Notes under the pieces: generated by a model
Databases searched by the model: none
Told to the model about the DNA's origin: nothing
What the model saw: only the letters and a program-made list of their open reading frames with translations
Position numbers and translations under genes: made by a program
From: Anaerolineae bacterium
GTDB lineage: Bacteria > Chloroflexota > Anaerolineae > Aggregatilineales > UBA3940
Direction: 5' to 3'
Assembly: GCA_016927375.1 (NCBI GenBank)
Contig: JAFGMS010000460.1
Location: 1-53,054 of the forward strand
DNA: 53,054 nucleotides
Part shown: positions 11,072 to 20,487 of the stretch, piece after piece
How the letters are laid out: every line of letters starts with the position of its first letter
How positions within the stretch are numbered: position 1 is the stretch's first letter

Positions 11072-12463
11072 ATGTCTGAGTTTTTTGGCGGTTTGCGCGA
11101 GGTTTTCCGGCTGCCCGACTTGCGGCGGCGTATCTTGATAACATTAGTCATACTGGTGATTTACCGCCTGGCGGCCAATATTCCAGTGCCTGGTGTAGAT
11201 CATGATCTCCTGGCGGAGGTTCTTAGCCCAGAGTCTGACTTCAGTGGAGCCATCGGGATATTTGACCTGCTTTCGGGTGGGGCGGTCTCGAATTTCTCGG
11301 TGTTGGCGATGGGCCCATATCCCTATGTTACCGCCAGTATTATCCTGACCATCCTGACTCCTCTGGTGCCGGCTCTTGAGGAGTTGTCGAAGGAAGGCCA
11401 GGCTGGGCGCGACAAGATCAACTTCTATACAGCTCTGTTGACCGTTCCGATGGCGGCTTTCAATGCGATCACGCAGATCAACTTCCTGCGCAATCCAAGG
11501 ACTGGTGGGTTGATAATTTCAGGGTTTGGCTTTGCAGCAGACGATAATATCTTATTGACTGTAACGGTGTTGGCTGTCATGACCGCTGGGACGATGTTTG
11601 CAATCTGGCTGGGTGAACTGATCACGCGGGATGGCATTGGTAATGGTCTTAGTCTAATCATCTTTGCCGGTATTGTGGCACGTGTTCCGTCTAGTCTGCA
11701 GAACCTATACAGTGCAGAGTCCGCAGACATGATCCGCAATATTATCCTGTTTGTTGTGCTGACGGTGGTCACGATATTTGTGGTGGTGGTGGTGCAAGAA
11801 GGCCAGCGTCGCATCCCGGTTAAGTACGGCAAGCGGGTCAGGGGTATGAAGATGTATGGTGGCGGCACGACACATTTGCCCTTACGTGTCAATACAGCCG
11901 GTATGATCCCGCTGATTTTTGCCCAGGTCTTTCTGACCTTTCCGACGCTTGTTGCTAAGTTCGTGGGCCAGAGTCAGGTTGTGTGGCTTGCAAACGTAGG
12001 CACCAGCGTTTCTAACTTTTTTGGCCAGCAGGGGGGCACTACCAGTACCGAGATCGGTGGGCAGATTGCTTATTGGGCTATCTACTTTGTGTTGGTAGTT
12101 GCTTTTACCTACATCTACACGGAAGTTATGATCCGCAACCAGAACCTGGCAGAGAACCTCCAACGTAATGGAGGATTCATTCTGGGTATACGGCCAGGTA
12201 AAAATACTGAGGATTTCATCAATAAAGTTGTCCAGCGAATCACACTGGTGGGGGCATTGTTCTTGGGTGGGATTGCCGTGTTACCAGGCGTGGTCCAAAT
12301 TGTAGTGAATCTTATCCAGCCAACGTCGGGTGTTGATGTTCGCAATGCGTTGTTGATTATTAGCGGTGGCGGCATGATCATCATCGTTGGCGTAGTGATC
12401 GATACGATGCGCCAACTGGAAGCGCAGCTTGTTATGCGCAACCGGGAAAGCTTTATTCGGTAA
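11072..12463 (+). CDS. secY: Preprotein translocase subunit SecY
   Basis: 463-aa polytopic membrane protein in the conserved position after rplO. IYRLAANIPVPGV motif. Confidence 0.95.
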   Translation: MSEFFGGLREVFRLPDLRRRILITLVILVIYRLAANIPVPGVDHDLLAEVLSPESDFSGAIGIFDLLSGGAVSNFSVLAMGPYPYVTASIILTILTPLVPALEELSKEGQAGRDKINFYTALLTVPMAAFNAITQINFLRNPRTGGLIISGFGFAADDNILLTVTVLAVMTAGTMFAIWLGELITRDGIGNGLSLIIFAGIVARVPSSLQNLYSAESADMIRNIILFVVLTVVTIFVVVVVQEGQRRIPVKYGKRVRGMKMYGGGTTHLPLRVNTAGMIPLIFAQVFLTFPTLVAKFVGQSQVVWLANVGTSVSNFFGQQGGTTSTEIGGQIAYWAIYFVLVVAFTYIYTEVMIRNQNLAENLQRNGGFILGIRPGKNTEDFINKVVQRITLVGALFLGGIAVLPGVVQIVVNLIQPTSGVDVRNALLIISGGGMIIIVGVVIDTMRQLEAQLVMRNRESFIR

Positions 12464-12482
12464 TGGGAAGGATGTCGGCTGG

Positions 12483-13148
12483 ATGGCTGCTTACATTGTC
12501 TTGTTAGGCCCTCCGGGGTCAGGAAAGGGTACTCAAGCCAAGCTGTTGACTGATGAAGTCGGTATCCCGCAAGTTTCGACGGGCGATATGTTCCGTGCCA
12601 TGAAAACTCAGGACACCCCTTTGGCCCGCAAGGTGCAGCAGATTATGGCGGAAGGCAAACTGGTCCCTGATGACGTGACGATCGAGATTGTCAAAGAGCG
12701 TCTGGCGCAAAGTGACTGTAGCAAGGGAGCACTATTGGATGGTTTTCCTCGTACTGTCCCCCAGGCTGAAGCGTTGGACAAATTGTTGGAGGAGAGCTTC
12801 CACTCACAGGTGACGATTGTGCCCTTATTGAGTATCACCGTGGAAGAAGCTGTGAGACGTATCAGCGGGCGGCGTGGGTGTCCGCAATGTGGGGCGCTGT
12901 ATCATGTGGAGTTTAACCCGCCTCGCGAGATGGGGAAGTGTGATCACGATGGGGCCAAACTGGTGCAGCGTGACGATGACAGGCCTGAGGTTGTTCGTGA
13001 GCGGTATCAGGTATACTTGGATAACACTGCTCCGCTCATCAATTATTATCGGGACAGAGGGTTGCTGGTTGAGCTTGACGCTGTTCAGCCCATAGAAGTT
13101 ATCACAGCTGAGTTGGCTGACACTATCCGGCAACGTACTAAGGAATGA
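12483..13148 (+). CDS. adk: Adenylate kinase (Cys/Asp zinc-lid type)
   Basis: ORF 12429-13148. Start at ATG 12483 (MAAYIVLLGPPGSGKGTQ, P-loop). LID segment CPQC...CDHD. Confidence 0.94.
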   Translation: MAAYIVLLGPPGSGKGTQAKLLTDEVGIPQVSTGDMFRAMKTQDTPLARKVQQIMAEGKLVPDDVTIEIVKERLAQSDCSKGALLDGFPRTVPQAEALDKLLEESFHSQVTIVPLLSITVEEAVRRISGRRGCPQCGALYHVEFNPPREMGKCDHDGAKLVQRDDDRPEVVRERYQVYLDNTAPLINYYRDRGLLVELDAVQPIEVITAELADTIRQRTKE

Positions 13149-13243
13149 GAATTTATTAACTTGCTCATCCATAATCCTGATTGCAGGCTCTTAGGGGCAA
13201 GTTATTTAATCGCCATTCCTAAGGACAGTTAGGATAACAATAA

Positions 13244-14011
13244 GTGGCAATTATTATCAAGAGCCATGCGGAAATCCAGGCTCTGCGCGAATCGGCGCAG
13301 ATCAATGTTGAAGTCCTGTGTAGGTTGCGGGATGCTGTTCGTCCAGGTGTCAAGACCAAAGAACTCGACAAGATCGCGGCGGAAACCATTGCGCGTCGAG
13401 GGGGCAAGGCCGCTTTCTTGGGACATCCCAAGGGGAGTCCTCATCCGTTCCCGGCGACCATCACGGTTGCCATTAACGAACAGCTCGTACATGGCATACC
13501 AGACGAGCGCGTGTTGGTTGAGGGTGATATCATCAGCCTGGATTGTGGGACGATCTACAAAGGATTTGTTAGTGATTCGGCTTTTAGCATGGGGGTTGGC
13601 AAGATCAGCCCAGAGGCTCAGTGCCTGCTCGATGTAACTGAAAACTCGTTGCTTAAGGGCATCGAGGCGAGCGTTCCCAGTAACCGGATTGGTGATGTCT
13701 CGCGTGCCATCCAGATGTATGTGGAAAGTCATGGGATGCATGTTGTTCGGGAATACGGTGGACATGGTGTCGGCCGGAGTATGTGGGAGGATCCCCATAT
13801 TCCCAATTGGGGGGACCCAGGGCGGGGAAATCGACTAAAGCCGGGAATGACGCTGGCCCTTGAGCCCATGGTTATGCCAGGGGATCCAACTACTAAAGTT
13901 CTGGATGATCATTGGACGGTTGTTATGGTGGATGGGGGATTATGTGCTCATTTTGAACATACCATTGCGATTACAGAGAATGGGCCAGAAATCCTGACAA
14001 AACTAGATTAG
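13244..14011 (+). CDS. map: Methionine aminopeptidase type I
   Basis: 255 aa with GTG start. Segments IISLDCG, HGVGRSMWEDPHIPN, LALEPMV and AHFEHT match the MetAP metal-ligand blocks. Confidence 0.94.
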   Translation: MAIIIKSHAEIQALRESAQINVEVLCRLRDAVRPGVKTKELDKIAAETIARRGGKAAFLGHPKGSPHPFPATITVAINEQLVHGIPDERVLVEGDIISLDCGTIYKGFVSDSAFSMGVGKISPEAQCLLDVTENSLLKGIEASVPSNRIGDVSRAIQMYVESHGMHVVREYGGHGVGRSMWEDPHIPNWGDPGRGNRLKPGMTLALEPMVMPGDPTTKVLDDHWTVVMVDGGLCAHFEHTIAITENGPEILTKLD

Positions 14012-14068
14012 CGTGATATAATAAGCGATTGTTCAAGCGTCAGTCTCGTCATAGAAGGGAATAGCAAG

Positions 14069-14182
14069 ATGAAGGTTAGGGCTTCTGTCAAGCGCCGTTG
14101 CCCCAAGTGCAGAGTTGTCAAACGAGGAAAGACGGTGCATATCATTTGTAGCAATCCAAAGCATAAACAACGTCAGGGCTAG
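14069..14182 (+). CDS. rpmJ: 50S ribosomal protein L36 (zinc form)
   Basis: Not in the ORF track (37 aa). Hand translation gives [43 protein letters not shown] precedes the ATG. Confidence 0.9.
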   Translation: MKVRASVKRRCPKCRVVKRGKTVHIICSNPKHKQRQG

Positions 14183-14221
14183 TGGGTTTCCTGATGTATA
14201 GTCTCGACGGAGAAGAGATTT

Positions 14222-14611
14222 ATGGCACGTATTGAGGGTGTAGACCTGCCACGCGATAAGCGTGTTGAGATCGGGCTGACCTATATTTATGGAATCGGGC
14301 GTCCGCGTAGCAAGAAGATCCTGACGGATATAGGTATCAACCCAGATACGCGCGTGAAAGATTTAACTGAGGCTGAAGTTGCGGCGGTGCGCGAGTATAT
14401 CAACGCCAGCTACCGCGTTGAGGGCGAACTGCGTCGCGAAATCCAACTCAACATCAAACGCCTGCAAGAAATTGGTACCTATCGGGGTATGCGGCATCGC
14501 CGCAGCTTGCCGGTGCGTGGTCAGCGGACACGTACCAATGCAAGAACTCGGCGTGGTGTTCGCAAGACAGTTCCTGGGCGCGGTCGTCGCCGTGGGGCAA
14601 AGAAGAAGTAG
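14222..14611 (+). CDS. rpsM: 30S ribosomal protein S13
   Basis: 129 aa. [27 protein letters not shown]-terminus. Confidence 0.96.
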   Translation: MARIEGVDLPRDKRVEIGLTYIYGIGRPRSKKILTDIGINPDTRVKDLTEAEVAAVREYINASYRVEGELRREIQLNIKRLQEIGTYRGMRHRRSLPVRGQRTRTNARTRRGVRKTVPGRGRRRGAKKK

Positions 14612-14769
14612 TTATACCTGGCCTTTTGGTTGTCGGGCTTTTGCCCTTGCAGATTGGGTTGGAATAGGTATCAGACCCAATCGGGTATATGTGTTGAATA
14701 GATAAGCTCTACAATAGCGACCGGGCAAGGTCTGTTTGGCTAATCAGCAAAGGCAAGATTGGAGACGGA

Positions 14770-15162
14770 ATGGGACGACGTAAACAAACTCGCGGAGGGC
14801 GTAAAGTTCGCAAGAATGTGCCCTACGGACAGGCTCATGTTCATGCCACATTCAACAATACCATTGTGAGCATGACAGATCAGCAGGGTAACGTTATTAC
14901 GTGGGCCAGTGCGGGAACAGCTGGTTTCAAGGGCTCACGTAAGAGTACTCCCTTTGCTGCCGGTACTGCTGGCGAAATGGCTGCTAAGCAGGCAATGGAG
15001 CATGGGATGCAGGAAGTGGATATTTTTGTAAAGGGCCCTGGGCCTGGTAGAGAGTCGGCTATTCGCTCCATTCAGCGTAGTGGGCTGAAGGTGCGTTCGA
15101 TTACTGACCGGACGCCTGTCCCGCACAATGGCTGCCGTCCACGTAAGAAGCGAAGAGTCTAA
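14770..15162 (+). CDS. rpsK: 30S ribosomal protein S11
   Basis: 130 aa. [22 protein letters not shown] motif. Confidence 0.96.
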   Translation: MGRRKQTRGGRKVRKNVPYGQAHVHATFNNTIVSMTDQQGNVITWASAGTAGFKGSRKSTPFAAGTAGEMAAKQAMEHGMQEVDIFVKGPGPGRESAIRSIQRSGLKVRSITDRTPVPHNGCRPRKKRRV

Positions 15163-15276
15163 AAGTACGAGTGCAGCCTCTCTTGGAGGTTGTTCTTGAT
15201 GACCGCCACTCTGACATGTCATTGTGGTGGTGTATATTGATTATTTCAACCGAGCGAAGGAAGAAGCACATACATT

Positions 15277-15915
15277 ATGGCACGTTATACTGGTCCTGTG
15301 TGTAAACTTTGTCGGCGCGAAGGCGAGAAGTTGTTCCTTAAGGGAGCTCGCTGTCTTTCTCCAAAGTGCGCCGTCGAACGTCGTAATTATCCTGCTGGGC
15401 AGCATGGTAAGAATATGCAATTCCGCCGAGGGCGTGCGTCTGACTATGCCCTCCAGCTGCGCGAGAAACAGAAAGTCCGTCGCATCTATGGTATTTTAGA
15501 GCGCCAGTTTCGCCGCTATTTCCGTGATGCATTGCGCCGACCAGGTTTGACTGGAGCCAACTTGTTGTCTTTGTTGGAGAGCCGTTTGGACAATGTGATC
15601 TTCCGGATGGGGTTTGCTGAGTCTCGTACCCAGGCACGCCAGCTTGTCCAGCATGGACACTTCAATGTAAATGGCAGACGTACCAATATCCCATCTTGTA
15701 TCATCTATCCCGGAGATCAGATAGAGGTGCGTCAAGGTAGTCGCAAACGGGTTTACTTCAAACAGCTTAAAGACGTATTGAGTGATCGTTCTCTGGTGGG
15801 ATGGTTGGAACGTGATGTAAACAACCTGAGTGGACAGATGGTGCGCTCGCCAGAGCGAGGCGATATCGAGATGACCATCAACGAGCAGTTGGTTGTTGAG
15901 TACTACAGCCGCTAG
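15277..15915 (+). CDS. rpsD: 30S ribosomal protein S4 (four-Cys N-terminus)
   Basis: 212 aa. [32 protein letters not shown]-terminus. Confidence 0.96.
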   Translation: MARYTGPVCKLCRREGEKLFLKGARCLSPKCAVERRNYPAGQHGKNMQFRRGRASDYALQLREKQKVRRIYGILERQFRRYFRDALRRPGLTGANLLSLLESRLDNVIFRMGFAESRTQARQLVQHGHFNVNGRRTNIPSCIIYPGDQIEVRQGSRKRVYFKQLKDVLSDRSLVGWLERDVNNLSGQMVRSPERGDIEMTINEQLVVEYYSR

Positions 15916-16008
15916 TGTATCAGCCTTCAGCCACATTTCTGGAGAGACCTTCCGAGTATATGGCTGATGGACTGCTGGTGTGAAGGCAAAATGTAGGAGG
16001 CGAGTTCG

Positions 16009-16992
16009 TTGACTACGAACACATTAGTGCTGCCCAAAATCGAACGTGATGCAATGTCGCGCAACTATGGTCGCTTTGTCATCAGCCCACTGGAACGTGG
16101 ATTTGGACTCACGGTGGGCAACGCGCTGCGGCGGGTGATGTTGTCGTCTTTGCCTGGCGCGGCTGTAACCTCAATCCGTGTGGCGGATGTTCCTCACGAG
16201 TTTTCGGCCATTCCGCACATTCGCGAGGATATGACGCAGCTGATCCTGAATATCAAGCAGTTGCGACTGGTTTTGCATGAGGTGGAGTCGGCTAGGCTGC
16301 GTCTCGATGTTCAGGGTGGAATTGTTACAGGAGCGGACATCATTTGCCCGCCGGAGGTGGAGATCAAGAATCCTGATCTGTACCTTTTTGCGGTTGATGA
16401 TGATGCCGCACGTGTCGAGATGGAAATGACTGTGGAAACTGGGCGAGGTTACTCGCCTGCTGAAGAGCGTAGCCGTTTGCCTTTGGGTGAGTTGCCGATT
16501 GATGCGATCTTTTGCCCTATTCGGCGTGTGAGCTACGATGTGGAGCGAGCACGAGTTCAGCAAAAGACGAACTATGACAGGCTACTGCTCGAGATATGGA
16601 CCGATGGGACTGTTGAGCCAGAGATTGCTATGAGCGAAGCAGCCTCTGTGCTCATGCAGCATCTGGGAATTATTGCTAACGTTGATCCCAGCATGTTTGG
16701 CCAAAAAGGAGAAACAATCCCAGAGGAGGAGCCTGCTCATCCTGATTTCTATGACCATCCAATCGAATCGCTCGATCTGAGTGTGCGCGTGTTCAACTCG
16801 CTAAAGCGCACGGGTATCACCACGATTGGTGAGGTGTTGGAGATGCTTGACAAGGGTGAGGATGCCATGCTTGCTATTCGCAACTTCGGCGATAAGTCGC
16901 TTGAGGAGCTTGTTGTAAGGTTGCGAGAGAAGGGATATATGTCTGCAGACGAGGGTAATGCAGTACTTCCCTTAGAATACCCGGCAGAATAA
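16009..16992 (+). CDS. rpoA: DNA-directed RNA polymerase subunit alpha
   Basis: 327 aa. TTG start 8 nt after GGAGG. NTD segment GNALRRVMLSSLPGAAVTSI. CTD segment LDLSVRVFNSLKRTGITTIGEV. Confidence 0.95.
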   Translation: MTTNTLVLPKIERDAMSRNYGRFVISPLERGFGLTVGNALRRVMLSSLPGAAVTSIRVADVPHEFSAIPHIREDMTQLILNIKQLRLVLHEVESARLRLDVQGGIVTGADIICPPEVEIKNPDLYLFAVDDDAARVEMEMTVETGRGYSPAEERSRLPLGELPIDAIFCPIRRVSYDVERARVQQKTNYDRLLLEIWTDGTVEPEIAMSEAASVLMQHLGIIANVDPSMFGQKGETIPEEEPAHPDFYDHPIESLDLSVRVFNSLKRTGITTIGEVLEMLDKGEDAMLAIRNFGDKSLEELVVRLREKGYMSADEGNAVLPLEYPAE

Positions 16993-17108
16993 GCGCTGTA
17001 CCAGGAATCGGCGGGAGAGATTTCTTTTTTGGCGCACAAGACCCGCGAGAATGAAGGGATCGATTTTTCGCCGGGTCCTAAATCAGTAAAGATGAGGAAG
17101 TTGACGTT

Positions 17109-17615
17109 ATGCGGCATAGAGTAGCAGGTCGTAGCCTTGGGCGCGACACCAATCATCGAAAAATGTTGCGGCGAAATCTGATTACCGATCTGTTTCGCCA
17201 TGAGCATATCAAGACCACGGAAGCTAAAGCCAAGGCGATTCGTGGCCAGGCCGAGAAGTTTATTACACTGGCTCGTAATCGCGGCGATGCAGAGCGGTTG
17301 GTCGAACTGGCAGAGGATCAGGAAGAGCAGGAGTTGCGCCAGTTGCTTACTGATGGTCAGGCTGCACGTCTGCTGAGTTTGTCTGAGGCCAAGGAGACTG
17401 AGCAGATGGAAGACTTGGCGCTAGCAATTGCTGCTCATGCTCAGCGGCTTGTTGCCCGTGATATCACGGACCGAGCAGTGGTAAACAAGCTCTTCCATGT
17501 GATTGCGCCGCGGTATGTCTCACGGCCGGGCGGGTACACCCGAATAACCCGGTTGGGTGCCCGCCGTGGTGATGCGGCTCAGATGGTGATGCTTTCTTTG
17601 GTGGAGGAAGACTAG
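17109..17615 (+). CDS. rplQ: 50S ribosomal protein L17 (with internal acidic insertion)
   Basis: 168 aa. MRHRVAGRSLGRDTNHRKMLRRNL N-terminus and GGYTRITRLGARRGD near the C-terminus. An extra segment of about 40 aa lies in between. Confidence 0.9.
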   Translation: MRHRVAGRSLGRDTNHRKMLRRNLITDLFRHEHIKTTEAKAKAIRGQAEKFITLARNRGDAERLVELAEDQEEQELRQLLTDGQAARLLSLSEAKETEQMEDLALAIAAHAQRLVARDITDRAVVNKLFHVIAPRYVSRPGGYTRITRLGARRGDAAQMVMLSLVEED

Positions 17616-17661
17616 TATTTCGGGGCGTCAGTCAACCCATGCTTATGACCCACCCTGAAAT

Positions 17662-17724
17662 ACTTAAGCAGTTGGGCAAGATAGACATCTTAATTCTGGG
17701 TCTATTTATGCCCAACTACGCTAG
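17662..17724. repeat. Mosaic palindromic repeat unit, copy A (forward)
   Basis: ACTTAAGCAGTTGGGCAAGATAGAC...GTCTATTTATGCCCAACTACGCTAG. Its arms are self-complementary (CAGTTGGGC / GCCCAACT). Homologous units occur at 28884-28947, 44553-44615 (reverse complement) and 52916-52979. Confidence 0.85.
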
Positions 17725-17739
17725 CGCATAGGTGAGTGG

Positions 17740-18483
17740 ATGCGCTACCGTGTGACGGTCGCTTACGATGGCACAGCCTATTATGGCTTTCAGCGACAGG
17801 CCGACGTACCGACCGTTCAGGCCACACTAGAAGAGGCATTAGCTCGTGTTGCCGGTCAGCCAGTAGGTATCGTTGGCTCAGGTCGGACTGACACTGGGGT
17901 GCATGCCGTGGGGCAGGTGATTGCCTTCAACTTAAGTTGGCGACATTCACCTGAAAACTTGCGAAATGCACTGAATGCTAACCTTCCCGACGATATAGCT
18001 GTTTTGAAAGTTAGGGAGACAGACCCTGACTTTCATCCGCGTTACGATGCGTTGTTCCGTTGCTATCAATACCGGTTGTATGTCGCACCGGTGAGGGATC
18101 CCCTCCAGCGAAGGAGAGCCTGGCACTTGTCCAAGCCACTGAATGTAGCGGGCATCTGTGAAGCGGTTGAGTATCTGGCTGGACCACACGACTTCAGCAC
18201 TTTTGGATCTCCGCCACAAGGCGAAAATTCAGTGAGGACTGTGCTTGAAGCAGCCTGGCGAGATGACTTTAACGGGAATTACACGTTTACAATCACTGCC
18301 GATGCTTTCCTCTACCGCATGGTTCGTACCATTACCGCAACGCTGGTGATGGTGGGGCAGGGGGATATGACAGCGGCGGCTTTTCGGGGTATACTCGCCG
18401 CTCGCCAGCGTGCTTTGGCTGCGGCACCGGCTCCGCCATATGGACTGACATTGATGGCGGTGTATTTTGCAGAGGAAGATTAG
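17740..18483 (+). CDS. truA: tRNA pseudouridine(38-40) synthase TruA
   Basis: 247 aa. GSGRTDTGVHAVGQV catalytic-Asp motif and YGFQRQ N-terminal block. Confidence 0.92.
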   Translation: MRYRVTVAYDGTAYYGFQRQADVPTVQATLEEALARVAGQPVGIVGSGRTDTGVHAVGQVIAFNLSWRHSPENLRNALNANLPDDIAVLKVRETDPDFHPRYDALFRCYQYRLYVAPVRDPLQRRRAWHLSKPLNVAGICEAVEYLAGPHDFSTFGSPPQGENSVRTVLEAAWRDDFNGNYTFTITADAFLYRMVRTITATLVMVGQGDMTAAAFRGILAARQRALAAAPAPPYGLTLMAVYFAEED

Positions 18484-18590
18484 ACTTCATATACTGCGAA
18501 TGGCTGAGAACCGGGCTTAAGAAACATCTGTTCGCGGTAGCGCTCCGTCCTGGCGGGTCTGGGACTGGAGTTTCATGAGGAGTATAAAAG

Positions 18591-19019
18591 GTGAAGACGT
18601 ACTCAGCGAAAAAGGAAGATATTGTGCGCCAATGGTATGTAGTGGATGCCACCGATCAGACGCTCGGTCGTATGGCAACCCAGATTGCTACCATACTGCG
18701 CGGCAAGCATAAACCGATTTTTACACCCCATCTTGATTGTGGCGACTATGTCATTGTGATTAATGCCGAGAAGATCAGGGTCACCGGCAACAAGCTTGAT
18801 GAGAAGTTCTACTATCGTCACTCGGGATATCCGGGTGGCCTGAAATCCATCAGCTTACGAGATCAGCTGCAACGATTTCCGGATAGGGTCATTACCGAAG
18901 CCGTGCGCCGGATGCTGCCGAAGAACTTGCTGGCGCTCCAGATTCTCAAGAAACTCAAAGTGTATGCAGGGCCGGAGCATCCGCATTCTGCTCAGAACCC
19001 TGAGCCATTGAAGTTCTAG
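18591..19019 (+). CDS. rplM: 50S ribosomal protein L13
   Basis: 142 aa with GTG start. [28 protein letters not shown]. Confidence 0.95.
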   Translation: MKTYSAKKEDIVRQWYVVDATDQTLGRMATQIATILRGKHKPIFTPHLDCGDYVIVINAEKIRVTGNKLDEKFYYRHSGYPGGLKSISLRDQLQRFPDRVITEAVRRMLPKNLLALQILKKLKVYAGPEHPHSAQNPEPLKF

Positions 19020-19050
19020 TTGTGCTAGTTTTGTAGAAGAGGACGACTGA

Positions 19051-19446
19051 ATGTCTACACAGTATTTTGAAGGCGTGGGACGCCGTAAGAGCGCGACAGC
19101 TCGTGTCCGTATCTACCCGGGCGGCTCCGGCGAGGTTGTGGTCAATGATAAAGCCCTGAACGAGTATTTCCCTCGTGAAGGTGATGTAACTGCCTTGATG
19201 GAACCCCTGGAAGTATCAGAGATGCAAGGCGGCCTTGATATGACAGTCGTGGTCAAAGGCGGCGGCATTACCGGTCAGACTGGTGCAGTGCGTCTGGGTT
19301 TAGCCCGTGCATTGATCAAGTATCAGCCGGAGCTGCGCCCAGTGATGCGCCGGGCAGGCCTGCTGACACGCGATGCCCGCGAGAAGGAACGTAAGAAGCC
19401 TGGTCTCAAGCGTGCGCGTAAGGCTCCCACCTACACCAAGCGTTAG
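19051..19446 (+). CDS. rpsI: 30S ribosomal protein S9
   Basis: 131 aa. GVGRRKSATARVRI and C-terminal KKPGLKRARKAPTYTKR. Confidence 0.96.
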   Translation: MSTQYFEGVGRRKSATARVRIYPGGSGEVVVNDKALNEYFPREGDVTALMEPLEVSEMQGGLDMTVVVKGGGITGQTGAVRLGLARALIKYQPELRPVMRRAGLLTRDAREKERKKPGLKRARKAPTYTKR

Positions 19447-19517
19447 AGTCTAGTTTGTTTTGCCAGGGACGGTAGAAGACTATCGTGCTGGACCATTCTA
19501 TTGATTCCTATTTATGA

Positions 19518-19545
19518 AGACCGCCCCAGCGCGGTCTCTTTTGTT
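19518..19545 (+). terminator. Rho-independent terminator after rpsI
   Basis: AGACCGC-cccagc-GCGGTCT stem followed by CTTTTGTT. Confidence 0.6.
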
Positions 19546-19576
19546 ATACAATTGGGTGTTGAAAGCTCAAATACCG

Positions 19577-20422
19577 ATGTCATATATTGTCTTATCACAC
19601 TACCAATCGAAGGTGCTGTTGGATGCCCGTTGCCAAGGCTTGCCCTCGGTGAGTGTGTCGCCCGACCTCAACCGGACGACAGTCAAGGCAAGGCTGGATG
19701 AGGAAGGTGTGCGGTTTCCCGCCGGCCAATTTGTAACGTGGTCGGACCTGGAGCGGATTGGCAAATCGGAAACAAAATGCTTCGTCGTCGAGGATGGTTC
19801 TGTGAGCGAGGTGCAGACGTTTTCTGAGACTACTAACTGGGCGCGTGCGTTGATGCCTACTCCTTCGGCGCCGACGATGCTTGTCTCCGGCGTGCCTATG
19901 CACCGCATCAAAGGTACCGATCCCTATCGTGACACGTTAAAGAAAATAAAGACTCTGGCGCCTGTGACGGGCAGGGTGCTTGATACCGCAACCGGATTGG
20001 GATACACAGCCATCGAGGCCGCCAGGACGGCGGATGAGGTCATCACGATTGAAATCGATCCCGCCAGTCTGGAAATTGCACAGCTGAACCCCTGGTCGGT
20101 GGAGCTGTTCGACAACCCAAAAATCAGCCAGATTGTTGGCGATGCCTATGATGAGGTTGATGCTTTCGACGATGGGAGCTTCTCCCGCATCATCCACGAT
20201 CCGCCGATGTTCAGTCTGGCCGGCGACTTATATGCGGGCGAGTTCTACGCGCAGCTTTACCGCATTCTCCGGCATAAGGGTCGCCTGTTTCATTACATCG
20301 GTGATTTGAGCAGCAAGTCAGGCCAGGGTGTGATGCGGGGTGTCATCCGGCGTTTGGGCGATGCAGGCTTCTCTCGCGTGGTGCGCAGGCCGGAGGCTTT
20401 TGGTGTGTTGGCTTACAAGTGA
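19577..20422 (+). CDS. Class I SAM-dependent methyltransferase, substrate unknown
   Basis: ORF 19514-20422. The 19514 start overlaps the rpsI terminator, so ATG 19577 is preferred. VLDTATGLGYTAIEAA is motif I. IIHDPPMFSLAG is a DPPx/NPPY-like block. Confidence 0.65.
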   Translation: MSYIVLSHYQSKVLLDARCQGLPSVSVSPDLNRTTVKARLDEEGVRFPAGQFVTWSDLERIGKSETKCFVVEDGSVSEVQTFSETTNWARALMPTPSAPTMLVSGVPMHRIKGTDPYRDTLKKIKTLAPVTGRVLDTATGLGYTAIEAARTADEVITIEIDPASLEIAQLNPWSVELFDNPKISQIVGDAYDEVDAFDDGSFSRIIHDPPMFSLAGDLYAGEFYAQLYRILRHKGRLFHYIGDLSSKSGQGVMRGVIRRLGDAGFSRVVRRPEAFGVLAYK

Positions 20423-20487
20423 AAACATGGGGCGATGCGGCGATTGTTTGATCGACGATTGAGGCTAACAACTGGAGAGATAATACG

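Noticed and set aside
19514-19576. Upstream start (19514) for the methyltransferase ORF
   Set aside because: These codons coincide with the rpsI terminator hairpin and T-tract. ATG 19577 is preferred.
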